Part shown: piece by piece, positions 9,188-16,982 of the stretch
How positions within the stretch are numbered: the stretch's first letter is position 1
Layout: each line of letters begins with the position of its first letter
Assembly (NCBI GenBank): GCA_045534265.1
Contig: JAZSJH010000007.1
Span: forward strand, 45,031 to 109,030
DNA from: Clostridia bacterium
GTDB lineage: Bacteria > Bacillota > Clostridia > Christensenellales > UBA1242
Direction: 5' to 3'
Length of the DNA stretch: 64,000 nucleotides
Made by a program: the position numbers and the translations under genes
Notes under the pieces: generated by a model
Seen by the model: only the letters and a program-made list of their open reading frames with translations
What the model was told of the DNA's origin: nothing
The model's database searches: none

Positions 9188-9216
9188 ATGATAACTTTTA
9201 TAGCCTTAAATGTCAA
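9188..9216 (-). promoter_or_regulatory. Candidate glgB promoter
   Basis: On the minus strand: TTGACA (9216-9211), 17-nt spacer, TATCAT (9193-9188). Implies an ~80-nt leader. Confidence 0.5.
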
Positions 9217-9246
9217 AAAAAATGGTTTAGTTTACCTAAGATAATA

Positions 9247-9276
9247 TAAAAAAAGACTCGCAAATAACTTGCGAGT
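9247..9276 (-). terminator. Terminator downstream of tRNA-Arg
   Basis: Perfect 8-bp stem ACTCGCAA/TTGCGAGT with a 5-nt loop. T-run on the minus strand (A-run 9248-9254 on plus). Confidence 0.7.
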
Positions 9277-9280
9277 TTTT

Positions 9281-9357
9281 TGGTGTACCACGAGGGGTTC
9301 GAACCCCCGACCTTTGGTTCCGTAGACCAACGCTCTATCCAGCTGAGCTAGTGGTAC
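9281..9357 (-). tRNA. tRNA-Arg (anticodon ACG), CCA encoded
   Basis: Reverse complement folds as GTACCAC TA GCTC AGCTGGATA GAGC G TTGGT CTACGGA ACCAA AGGTC GGGGG TTCGAAC CCCTC GTGGTAC A CCA. All four stems pair. Confidence 0.95.
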
Positions 9358-9515
9358 ATATTAAGAGGGAATATTTGTACTAAAAAGTTGCTATTTGCTT
9401 GCAAATTTTTAGTACTCAAACATTATATACTAATGTGGATTTTTTGTCAATGTTTAAGTCAAATTTATATAAAAATTATAAATTTGCGTTTTGATAATAA
9501 TATGTAGTTATTATC

Positions 9516-9548
9516 AAAAAATAAAAAAAGCGAACGGTTATATTCGCT
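9516..9548 (-). terminator. Terminator of the 158-aa hypothetical gene
   Basis: AGCGAA-8 nt-TTCGCT hairpin followed on the minus strand by TTTTTTATTTTTT. Confidence 0.65.
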
Positions 9549-9554
9549 TTTTAG

Positions 9555-10031
9555 TTATTTTCCAAAAACCATTTCGTCATAAACCTTAGCTCTTATTTGA
9601 GATGCTTTTTGATATTTCTGTAATTTTTCTGCATAGTCGCTATCAGGAAAAGTTTCTGCCATAAAATTATGCAAACTTGTTTGTAAACTCTCAGGTGATA
9701 GAGTTTGCATTGTAGTGCCTTCGCCATAAACAATCATCTTTCCGTCAAATGGTGTAACAACAACAATAGCATTTACTGAAGAATAAATTTTGTCTGGATT
9801 TGAAATTGTTGTAGACAAGTGAACATTAGGATAAATATTCCCGTCTGTTCCATATGCTTGTTTACGAGAAGAGTGATTGTCTTCAAACTCAATATTTATT
9901 CTTTCGCTATCACTAAATTGTTTTAGTCCTTTTGCAGACTCTTCTATTCCGTCTTTTAGACCATCAAACAATTGCTGATTTGTTATATTATCTAGGTTAA
10001 AATTTTCATCATTTCTTTTATATTCAATCAT
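9555..10031 (-). CDS. Hypothetical protein (no recognisable domain)
   Basis: 158-aa ORF with AAGGAG 7 nt before the ATG and its own terminator. No motif I can name. Confidence 0.6.
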   Translation of the reverse strand: MIEYKRNDENFNLDNITNQQLFDGLKDGIEESAKGLKQFSDSERINIEFEDNHSSRKQAYGTDGNIYPNVHLSTTISNPDKIYSSVNAIVVVTPFDGKMIVYGEGTTMQTLSPESLQTSLHNFMAETFPDSDYAEKLQKYQKASQIRAKVYDEMVFGK

Positions 10032-10126
10032 TTTTTAGCTCCTTGAGTATAAATATATTATACCATAACAAATAGTGTTTTTCAATATTAAACTCAACTT
10101 ACAAAAAAACCTTTTATTATCAATCA

Positions 10127-10155
10127 TTGACAATAAAAAATCTTTTAGTTATAAT
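10127..10155 (+). promoter_or_regulatory. Consensus sigma-A promoter
   Basis: TTGACA (10127-10132), 17-nt spacer, TATAAT (10150-10155). The predicted start falls at about the AGGAG at 10162-10166. Confidence 0.75.
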
Positions 10156-10175
10156 TAAATTAGGAGAAAACAAAT

Positions 10176-10337
10176 ATGGGCATACTTTCAGCTATAGGAA
10201 AATTCTTTTGTGGAATATTCAAATTTATTTGGAAAGTTCTTTGGTTTATTATCAAGGGCTTTTTGTCACCATTGGGGCTTTTAATAAGGCTACTAATTAT
10301 TGGAGCTATAGTGGTTGGCATTATCTTAATATTTTAG
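10176..10337 (+). CDS. Small hydrophobic membrane peptide (53 aa), not in the supplied ORF track
   Basis: ATG 9 nt after AGGAG. Translates to MGILSAIGKFFCGIFKFIWKVLWFIIKGFLSPLGLLIRLLIIGAIVVGIILIF. Its TAG stop is part of the AGGAG of the next gene. Confidence 0.6.
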   Translation: MGILSAIGKFFCGIFKFIWKVLWFIIKGFLSPLGLLIRLLIIGAIVVGIILIF

Positions 10338-10346
10338 GAGAAAAAG

Positions 10347-11231
10347 ATGGAAGAAACAAAGAAATCAAATAACCTTGGATTTCTGTTTGCGATACTAAAA
10401 GTCCTTGGGGCTATTATTGGTATTGTGGCAGTTGTCTTGATAGGTATATATGTATATGTTAGAGTAGTTCTTGGAATAGATATTTTTGGTATCATAAGAA
10501 TTGTAAAAAACATAAGTAACTTTGACGAAAGTACAATGATTACAGCTCCTGTTACAGAGACAGACAGAGAGCAAGCCTTTGCTCAATTTGATTTGGCTGG
10601 GCTTAGTGGTTTTTATACAGTAGAAGACGGAGAGTATACAATAAAAGATGATATATCTTCGCTTCCTACAGCAAGTCAAGACATTGCGCTTTCTGATGTT
10701 CAAACTTGTGCTTTGGTTCAAAGTATAATAAACTCTTCACTAAAGCTTGACCAAGATTTGACTCTAGACCTTTCTATTAAACAAATCAAATTTAGCAATT
10801 ATGTTTCTATGGCAAACGGCGGAAAAATTGATGTAAATATGGTTTTCCATACATCTTTGAAAGAGTTAAAAACTATGGTTAATACATTCCCAATCAATTT
10901 GTTTATAAAGTATATTCCAGATGATGCATATGTTAGTGCTAATTTTAGTGTAGAACAAACAGATACTCTTTCTTATTCAATTACGCCAAAAGATATTTGT
11001 GTTAACAATCTAACACCTGACCAAACAGCTATTGTACTTTCGGTTATTGGTTCTGCTTTGGACGGGGTGACTTCACAAAGTTTGTGCAGAGATATTGGTA
11101 ACTTAGCATTTCAGGCTTTGATTGGCAATGACGAAGGTACAGGTCTTGCAAGAGAACTAGATATTGTAGGAATTAACTCTTTTGCTTTTGAACAAGATGG
11201 AGATAACATAAAGTTTGTCCTAAAAATATAA
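10347..11231 (+). CDS. Membrane-anchored hypothetical protein
   Basis: 294 aa. N-terminal TM helix (LGFLFAILKVLGAIIGIVAVVLIGIYVYV), then a soluble domain without recognisable motifs. AGGAG SD; terminator follows. Confidence 0.7.
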   Translation: MEETKKSNNLGFLFAILKVLGAIIGIVAVVLIGIYVYVRVVLGIDIFGIIRIVKNISNFDESTMITAPVTETDREQAFAQFDLAGLSGFYTVEDGEYTIKDDISSLPTASQDIALSDVQTCALVQSIINSSLKLDQDLTLDLSIKQIKFSNYVSMANGGKIDVNMVFHTSLKELKTMVNTFPINLFIKYIPDDAYVSANFSVEQTDTLSYSITPKDICVNNLTPDQTAIVLSVIGSALDGVTSQSLCRDIGNLAFQALIGNDEGTGLARELDIVGINSFAFEQDGDNIKFVLKI

Positions 11232-11236
11232 AAAAG

Positions 11237-11261
11237 ACACACCCAAAGGTGTGTTTTTTTG
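11237..11261 (+). terminator. Rho-independent terminator
   Basis: ACACACC-caaa-GGTGTGT followed by T7. Confidence 0.75.
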
Positions 11262-11354
11262 ATTATTTAGTTTGTGTTTTACAAATAAAAATGTATAATA
11301 TATTTATAAATAAAAAAATGCTTTTATGCAAAAATGTTTTTTAGAGGTAAGAGT

Positions 11355-13835
11355 ATGATTCAAATAAAAAACTTAAATAAAATCCACTACAACCGTGGAG
11401 AAAATCAAGTAAAAGCCCTTACAAATATCAACATTGATTTTGACGAAAAAGGTATCACATTTATCGCTGGTGCGAGTGGTAATGGTAAGAGTACACTTTT
11501 GTCACTTATCGGTGGTATTGACAAATATGACGATGGCGAAATCTTGGTTGATGGCGTAGACCTAAAAACTCTTAAGCCAAAACAACTAGACGCTTATCGT
11601 AATAGCTATGTGGACTTTATCATACAAGAAAACACTCTAATCCCAAGTTTGACCGTAGCCGAAAACGTTCGTTTGGAAAAATCTATTCACGGGCAATACG
11701 CTAGTGATGAAGAAGTAAATGAAGCTTTGGACATAGTAGGTCTTAGTGGGTTTGGCGATAGAATTCCTGCCGAAATAAGTGGTGGTGAAAAGAAAAGAGT
11801 AGCTATAGCCAGAACACTTCTTATGAATGTAAAAGTTATCTTGGTTGACGAACCTACAGCCAGCCTTGATAAGAAAAACACAGAAATTATTTGGGACGTT
11901 TTGAAAAAGTATGCTGAAAATCACCTTATTATTGCAGTAACTCATAAAGAAGATGTTATGCAAAAATATGCCGATAGAATTATCACGCTAGACAAAGGTG
12001 AGATAATTGATGACAAACGTCTTACACGTAAGAAAAAGGAAGAGCAAAAAGAAGAAAAATTAAATTTAGATAAGAATATCCAAAAAAGTAAACTTGGTTC
12101 AAAGCAAACAGTAAAACTTGCGTATTCTTATGTAACATCAAAGAAAATTAGTTTCACCTTTGTTACACTTTTGTCTTGTCTTGCACTTTTGTTCTTTAGT
12201 GTATTCTTTATATTGGACGGGTATAACTATAACAAAGTCCTTGCAAATGCCGTCAAAGAAGATGACACCCCATATGTTGCATTTATCCACGGAACGGCAG
12301 ACAGTTCAAGCCCTATTAATGATGCATTATCTGACGAAATAGTAAACTGCTTAAGAGAAAATGGACTTCCTATTCTTAATAGTTTTAAGAATATGTCAAA
12401 AGTAAACTTTGCAGTAGAATTTGGTCAAGGTTTTTATAGCAGTGCTTGCCAAGATTTTACAATCAAAGGTATTATCGAAGTTGCCGGTGACGTTGGCGAA
12501 TACAACTCAATCGGTCAAAAAGTTTTGAGCGGAGCTTATCCTACAGCTCATAACGAAGTTGTAATTAGTGACTACTTTGCTCAACTTCTAAAGAAATATG
12601 GTGCATATTATAAAGATGGTGGAATCGTAGTTCTTGATTATTTTGAAGGTACTGCGGACGACCCATATGCAGGACTTATTGGAAAAGAAATTTACACAAA
12701 TTATGGATATATCAAAGTTTGTGGCGTATACGAAACAGACTATAGAAAATTTGTTAATGACAACTTAGAATTTAGAGGCTATAACGCAGAAGAATTTAAC
12801 TTCAAGCTAAACTATATCTATAGCACACTTCATACTACAAGTTCTTATATTACAAGCTATGCAGTAGCTCACCCACAAGTAGATGGTCTTGTAGCTACTA
12901 TTGAAAAAGATGATACAAACCTAATCAACACAACAAAGCTAAAAGCAACTATTGTTGATACATCATCACACATAATTTATTTGCCAGCAGGCAGAACACT
13001 TACAGATTTGTCTTCTACAGATATTGTTATCTCAACTAGACTATACAACGAAATCACAGCTGGTCTTCCAGGATATACAGCTCTTGGAACAATGAGCGGA
13101 ACTTCAGTAGATTTTGCTCTAGACCCATATGGTATGGCAGATCTAAAACTAAAAATTACTCTTAACAATTGCGAACCTGTAGAATACACAATAGCTGGTG
13201 TATTTGAAGCAGATGCAAGCGATACAGACGTTGAAGTATTGTTTACACAAACAAGATATGTAAAAGATATTTTGGCTCAAACAACATTCTCAACAAATAC
13301 CAAAGTATTGTATACAAGCGTTGGTAATGACGTAATAGAAACTGTAATGAATATCCTAAATAGCAAAGGTTTCTCATTTGTTTCTATCAACTCAGAAGAA
13401 GTTTCTGCATACGGCGACAGAATTTCTGTTATGAAATCAGCATTCCTTATTGCAAGTATTTTCATGGCTATTTACTCACTAGTTCTTATGTACTACTTTA
13501 TTAGTCAAATGATTGCCGATAAGAAAAATGATATTGGTGTTTTGAAAACTCTTGGTTGCGGTAAAAGCGACATTGCAGGAATATTTGTTCTATGCAGCGC
13601 AAGCATTGCTCTTATTGTATTCTTGATTACAGTAATGTTTACATTTGTTGTTGCAGCTATCAGCAATATAATTGTTGTTAGTCAAATTCCAGTAACAATT
13701 TCTGTATTTGGAACATCAGGACTTATGTATCTATGGATAGCACTTATTTGTATTTCCGTTGTGACATTTGGTACTTTCCTTCCAATACGCAAATACTCAA
13801 AAATGCCTCCAAAAGAACTAATGAAAATATTCTAA
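11355..13835 (+). CDS. Fused ABC transporter ATP-binding domain / FtsX-MacB-type permease
   Basis: Walker A GASGNGKST, signature ISGGEKKRVAIAR, Walker B ILVDEPTASLD, H-loop VTHKED. Then a TM helix, a ~400-aa extracytoplasmic region and C-terminal FtsX-like TM helices. Start moved to the ATG at 11355 (AGAGGTAAGAG upstream). Confidence 0.85.
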   Translation: MIQIKNLNKIHYNRGENQVKALTNINIDFDEKGITFIAGASGNGKSTLLSLIGGIDKYDDGEILVDGVDLKTLKPKQLDAYRNSYVDFIIQENTLIPSLTVAENVRLEKSIHGQYASDEEVNEALDIVGLSGFGDRIPAEISGGEKKRVAIARTLLMNVKVILVDEPTASLDKKNTEIIWDVLKKYAENHLIIAVTHKEDVMQKYADRIITLDKGEIIDDKRLTRKKKEEQKEEKLNLDKNIQKSKLGSKQTVKLAYSYVTSKKISFTFVTLLSCLALLFFSVFFILDGYNYNKVLANAVKEDDTPYVAFIHGTADSSSPINDALSDEIVNCLRENGLPILNSFKNMSKVNFAVEFGQGFYSSACQDFTIKGIIEVAGDVGEYNSIGQKVLSGAYPTAHNEVVISDYFAQLLKKYGAYYKDGGIVVLDYFEGTADDPYAGLIGKEIYTNYGYIKVCGVYETDYRKFVNDNLEFRGYNAEEFNFKLNYIYSTLHTTSSYITSYAVAHPQVDGLVATIEKDDTNLINTTKLKATIVDTSSHIIYLPAGRTLTDLSSTDIVISTRLYNEITAGLPGYTALGTMSGTSVDFALDPYGMADLKLKITLNNCEPVEYTIAGVFEADASDTDVEVLFTQTRYVKDILAQTTFSTNTKVLYTSVGNDVIETVMNILNSKGFSFVSINSEEVSAYGDRISVMKSAFLIASIFMAIYSLVLMYYFISQMIADKKNDIGVLKTLGCGKSDIAGIFVLCSASIALIVFLITVMFTFVVAAISNIIVVSQIPVTISVFGTSGLMYLWIALICISVVTFGTFLPIRKYSKMPPKELMKIF

Positions 13836-13847
13836 TACAAACAAAAA

Positions 13848-13871
13848 CCCTAGTTATTACTAGGGTTTTTT
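13848..13871 (+). terminator. Rho-independent terminator
   Basis: CCCTAGT-tatt-ACTAGGG followed by T6. Confidence 0.75.
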
Positions 13872-14002
13872 ATTTGCAAAATACATTTTGATTTTTGCAA
13901 AAAGTGATGACATAAAAGACCTTTTTTACAAAAATAAAAATCCTTTTTGTAATAATTTGTGATTTTTCAAAACTATGTTATAATACTTGCATAGGATAAA
14001 TT

Positions 14003-14668
14003 ATGGCAACAAAAATAACAATACTTTTAATAATAGGACTGTTAGGATCGGCAGTTTTTATATTATTTGTAAACAACAGAAAGGTAAAATTAATAATAGC
14101 CACTCTAATATTATCTGCATACCTTGCAATGTTGACACTTGGTGTGTTTACGAGTGGTACACACTTTTCAAATTTAAGAATTGATTTTACAGGTAAATGG
14201 GCGTCAAAAGACATTATATGGTCACCAATTCCAGAGTCTAGTTGGGGTTTTTTTATTAACATAATCATGCTTATACCGGTAGGCATATATATGGGGGCAT
14301 TTGTTGAAAAGCCACTTTGGAAAAGTGCTCTTGTCGGTCTTGGAACAGGATTTTTTATCGAACTTATGCAGTTTATATTGCCAATCGAAAGATACCCACA
14401 AGTGAGTGATGTTTGGCTAAATGCTGTTAGTGTAGTTATAGGGTGTTTGTATGCAATGTGTTTGGTTTGGATTAAAAACAAATTTTTAACAAAAAAGCAA
14501 CCGAAAGAAATAGAAATAGCAAATAACGAAAATATAACTGAAAATGTAGAAAAAGAAGAAACAACAGACTCAAACCCACAAACAACTGACAAACCACAAA
14601 AACAAGAAAACTTAGAACTTACAACAACAAAAAAAGAAGAGAAGAAAAAACAAAAAACTAGCAAATAA
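14003..14668 (+). CDS. VanZ-like membrane protein with K/E/T-rich C-terminal tail
   Basis: 221 aa. TM helices and the VanZ-type block GFFIELMQFILPIERYPQVSDVWLNAVSVVIG. The last ~60 aa are low-complexity (KKEEKKKQKTSK). Confidence 0.7.
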   Translation: MATKITILLIIGLLGSAVFILFVNNRKVKLIIATLILSAYLAMLTLGVFTSGTHFSNLRIDFTGKWASKDIIWSPIPESSWGFFINIIMLIPVGIYMGAFVEKPLWKSALVGLGTGFFIELMQFILPIERYPQVSDVWLNAVSVVIGCLYAMCLVWIKNKFLTKKQPKEIEIANNENITENVEKEETTDSNPQTTDKPQKQENLELTTTKKEEKKKQKTSK

Positions 14669-14683
14669 TCTGCTAGTTTTTTT
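14658..14683 (+). terminator. Rho-independent terminator overlapping the stop codon
   Basis: CTAGCA-aataatc-TGCTAG followed by T7. Confidence 0.6.
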
Positions 14684-14748
14684 ATTAGTATATTTACTAT
14701 TAATATGTTGTTTTTAATAAAATATTATACTTTGTCCAAAATGATAAT

Positions 14749-15219
14749 TCACAGCTTTTTTGCAAGGGTAGTGAAGATAAGCCCGCCGGGCAATATCTGT
14801 TCGTTTGTAATTATTGTATAACCACAAGATTTATAAAAATCAACTGCAAAATGAGTAGAGTCAACGGTTAGTCTTTTTAGACTTTTTTCTTTTGCTACTT
14901 TTTCTATTTCTGTCATCAAACTTTTGCCTATGCCTTGTCCTTGATAATCTTTATCAACAAACAAAAGCAAAATATTACCTATAGATATATTTACGCAAGC
15001 AGTAGCAATTAATGTATTTTGGTCAAAAGCTCCAAGAAAAATATGCTTACCATCAAACTTAGATTCAAGGTTTTGTACAGAGCAAAAATCAATAAAATTA
15101 TCAAGTCCACTAAGATTGCATTTTTGTAAGTAATAAGAATATTCCCCGTCCAAAAAACTATCTACACATAGAGTAGATATATCTTTTATATTATGTTTTG
15201 TAAGCTCTGCAATTCTCAT
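14749..15219 (-). CDS. GNAT family N-acetyltransferase
   Basis: Motif A QGQGIGKSLM and KSCGYTI. Start placed at Met20 of the track ORF (MRIAELTK...), because a TGtTATAAT box sits 6 nt upstream. Confidence 0.75.
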   Translation of the reverse strand: MRIAELTKHNIKDISTLCVDSFLDGEYSYYLQKCNLSGLDNFIDFCSVQNLESKFDGKHIFLGAFDQNTLIATACVNISIGNILLLFVDKDYQGQGIGKSLMTEIEKVAKEKSLKRLTVDSTHFAVDFYKSCGYTIITNEQILPGGLIFTTLAKKL

Positions 15220-15225
15220 ACTTTT

Positions 15226-15234
15226 ATTATAACA
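15226..15234 (-). promoter_or_regulatory. Extended -10 element, leaderless layout (GNAT gene)
   Basis: Minus strand reads TGtTATAAT, then aaaagt (6 nt), then ATG at 15219. No SD. The -35 is weak. Confidence 0.45.
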
Positions 15235-15358
15235 TATTTTGCGGGTAATTAAAATAGCAAAATATATAATTATCAAAAAATTAGTTTTGATTAATGATAT
15301 AAATAGCTAAAAAATAAAACAAAAAAAAAGACTAAAAATTCTAGCCTTTTTTATCTTT

Positions 15359-16261
15359 TTATAAACTTTCTATTACTTGTTTTATGCTCTTTACTGATTT
15401 GTTAAATTGTCTTTCTTCTTCTTTGGTCATCTCTAAGTTGCATACTTGGTCTACGCCATCTCTGCCAATAATTGCTGGCATGCCGATATAAATATCATTA
15501 GTTTGGTCATAGCAAGAAACAGTAAAGATTGACTTTGAGTTTTCCAAAATCGCTTTTGTAATGTTACGAAGACAAACGCCTATTCCATAGCAAGTGTTAC
15601 CTTTTTTGTTAATAATATCATATGCACTATTGCGTACGTCATTTAGTATATTATCTCTTACTTCTTTGTTTAGATATAGGCTTGCTTTGTTTAGACCAAT
15701 AATTGCATTGCTCCAAGGTATAAACTCACTATCTCCGTGCTCTCCAACAACATATGCGTGGATGTTTTTAGGGTTTATATCCATCTCTCTGCTGATAAGG
15801 TCACGAAGTCTAGCTGTATCTAGTGTTGTACCGCTACCAATAACTCGGTTTTTGTCAAAGCCAGATAGTTTTTGAGTTATGTGAGTCATAACATCAAGCG
15901 GGTTTGTAGCTATAAGATATATGCCTTTGAACTTTGTTTTGTTTATCTCTGTTATGATGCTTTTGAAAACGTCATAATTTTTGTGTATAAGGTCAAGTCT
16001 TGTTTCGCCAACATTTTGGTTTCTTCCGGCGCAAATACATACAATACTTGCGTTTTTACAGTCTTTATAACTTCCAGCTTTTATTGATATTTTTTTATTA
16101 AGTGCAGATGCTGCATGCATAAGGTCCAAAGCTTCGCCTTCGACTTTTTCTTTATTAATATCAATAAGTACAAGTTCGTCCAAATGCACATAGCTATTAA
16201 GCAAACTGTACGCATAACTCATACCAACGTTTCCACAACCAATTAATACTACTTTATCCAT
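15359..16261 (-). CDS. ldh: L-lactate dehydrogenase
   Basis: 300 aa. Rossmann VVLIGCGNVGMSYAY, AGRNQNVGETRLDL (Gln as in LDH rather than MDH), GEHGDSEF. AGGAG SD. Confidence 0.85.
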   Translation of the reverse strand: MDKVVLIGCGNVGMSYAYSLLNSYVHLDELVLIDINKEKVEGEALDLMHAASALNKKISIKAGSYKDCKNASIVCICAGRNQNVGETRLDLIHKNYDVFKSIITEINKTKFKGIYLIATNPLDVMTHITQKLSGFDKNRVIGSGTTLDTARLRDLISREMDINPKNIHAYVVGEHGDSEFIPWSNAIIGLNKASLYLNKEVRDNILNDVRNSAYDIINKKGNTCYGIGVCLRNITKAILENSKSIFTVSCYDQTNDIYIGMPAIIGRDGVDQVCNLEMTKEEERQFNKSVKSIKQVIESL

Positions 16262-16279
16262 ATTTTTTCTCCTATAAAA

Positions 16280-16288
16280 AGTATACCA
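16280..16288 (-). promoter_or_regulatory. Extended -10 element of ldh
   Basis: Minus strand TGgTATACT. The predicted start lies at the edge of the AGGAG, giving a very short leader. Confidence 0.45.
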
Positions 16289-16363
16289 TAATTACAAAAT
16301 TTTAATAACAAAAAATCATAAGTTTATTGTGGTAAAAGATAAATTTTGAGCTGATTTTTTGTA

Positions 16364-16398
16364 ATAAAAAAATGTGGGTAGCCCCACATCTTTTTTTT
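16364..16398 (-). terminator. Terminator of the 134-aa membrane protein gene
   Basis: ATGTGGG-tagc-CCCACAT hairpin flanked by an A-run and a T-run (works in both orientations). Confidence 0.75.
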
Positions 16399-16400
16399 GA

Positions 16401-16805
16401 TTATAGTTCTTTTTCTTTATTTTCAGCAACGTATTTTTTTGCAAGCATAAGTTCGATTACTGATAGGTAAACAAACAAACCAGCAAGGAAAGATGCAAAT
16501 ACATAAACATACGCAGAAAACAAAGCTGCAAATATAAATGCAAATACAGAAGATAAAAGTACAAAAACAATAAGAACATATTTTAGTACATTGCTAAATA
16601 ACTTGTTAACAACAAATTGTCTTGCTATAAGAGCAGCAGTTGCAAGACCAGCACAACAAACGAAAAAGACAAAAATAGTTTTTTCTAAGTGGTCTGTTGC
16701 AAGTGGCAAACTTGTAGAGTATGTTATGATAATAGTTGCAAGTGAAAATACAAGTATAAAAAATGCTATATCGTGAGTGATAGTTTTTAGTTTTGGTTGA
16801 GCCAT
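16401..16805 (-). CDS. Small polytopic membrane protein, unknown function
   Basis: 134 aa with about four hydrophobic helices. AAGGAG SD and a terminator immediately downstream. Confidence 0.65.
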   Translation of the reverse strand: MAQPKLKTITHDIAFFILVFSLATIIITYSTSLPLATDHLEKTIFVFFVCCAGLATAALIARQFVVNKLFSNVLKYVLIVFVLLSSVFAFIFAALFSAYVYVFASFLAGLFVYLSVIELMLAKKYVAENKEKEL

Positions 16806-16982
16806 AATAAATCTCCTTAAACAAAAAATTGTTATACAATATTATAATTTTTATTTGGCTTTTTGTAAAGCATTTAGCCACCTTGTAAAAAATCATTTTA
16901 TCAGGCCTATTTTAATTTTTATAGTAAATAACACTTTTGTTTTTGTCTACAAAAATGTTATACTAACAGCAGAGGTAAAATT

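Noticed and set aside
10127-10372. 81-aa ORF from the track upstream of the 294-aa membrane protein
   Set aside because: Its TTG 'start' is the -35 hexamer of a perfect TTGACA-17-TATAAT promoter, so it would lie upstream of the transcript start. It has no SD and overlaps the next gene. A 53-codon ORF in another frame with AGGAG fits better.
13978-14664. 228-aa ORF on the minus strand covering the VanZ-like gene
   Set aside because: It is an antisense shadow of the plus-strand gene. The translation is F/S/C/V low-complexity with no motif and no SD. The plus-strand frame has a VanZ signature, an RBS, a promoter-like TGtTATAAT and a terminator.
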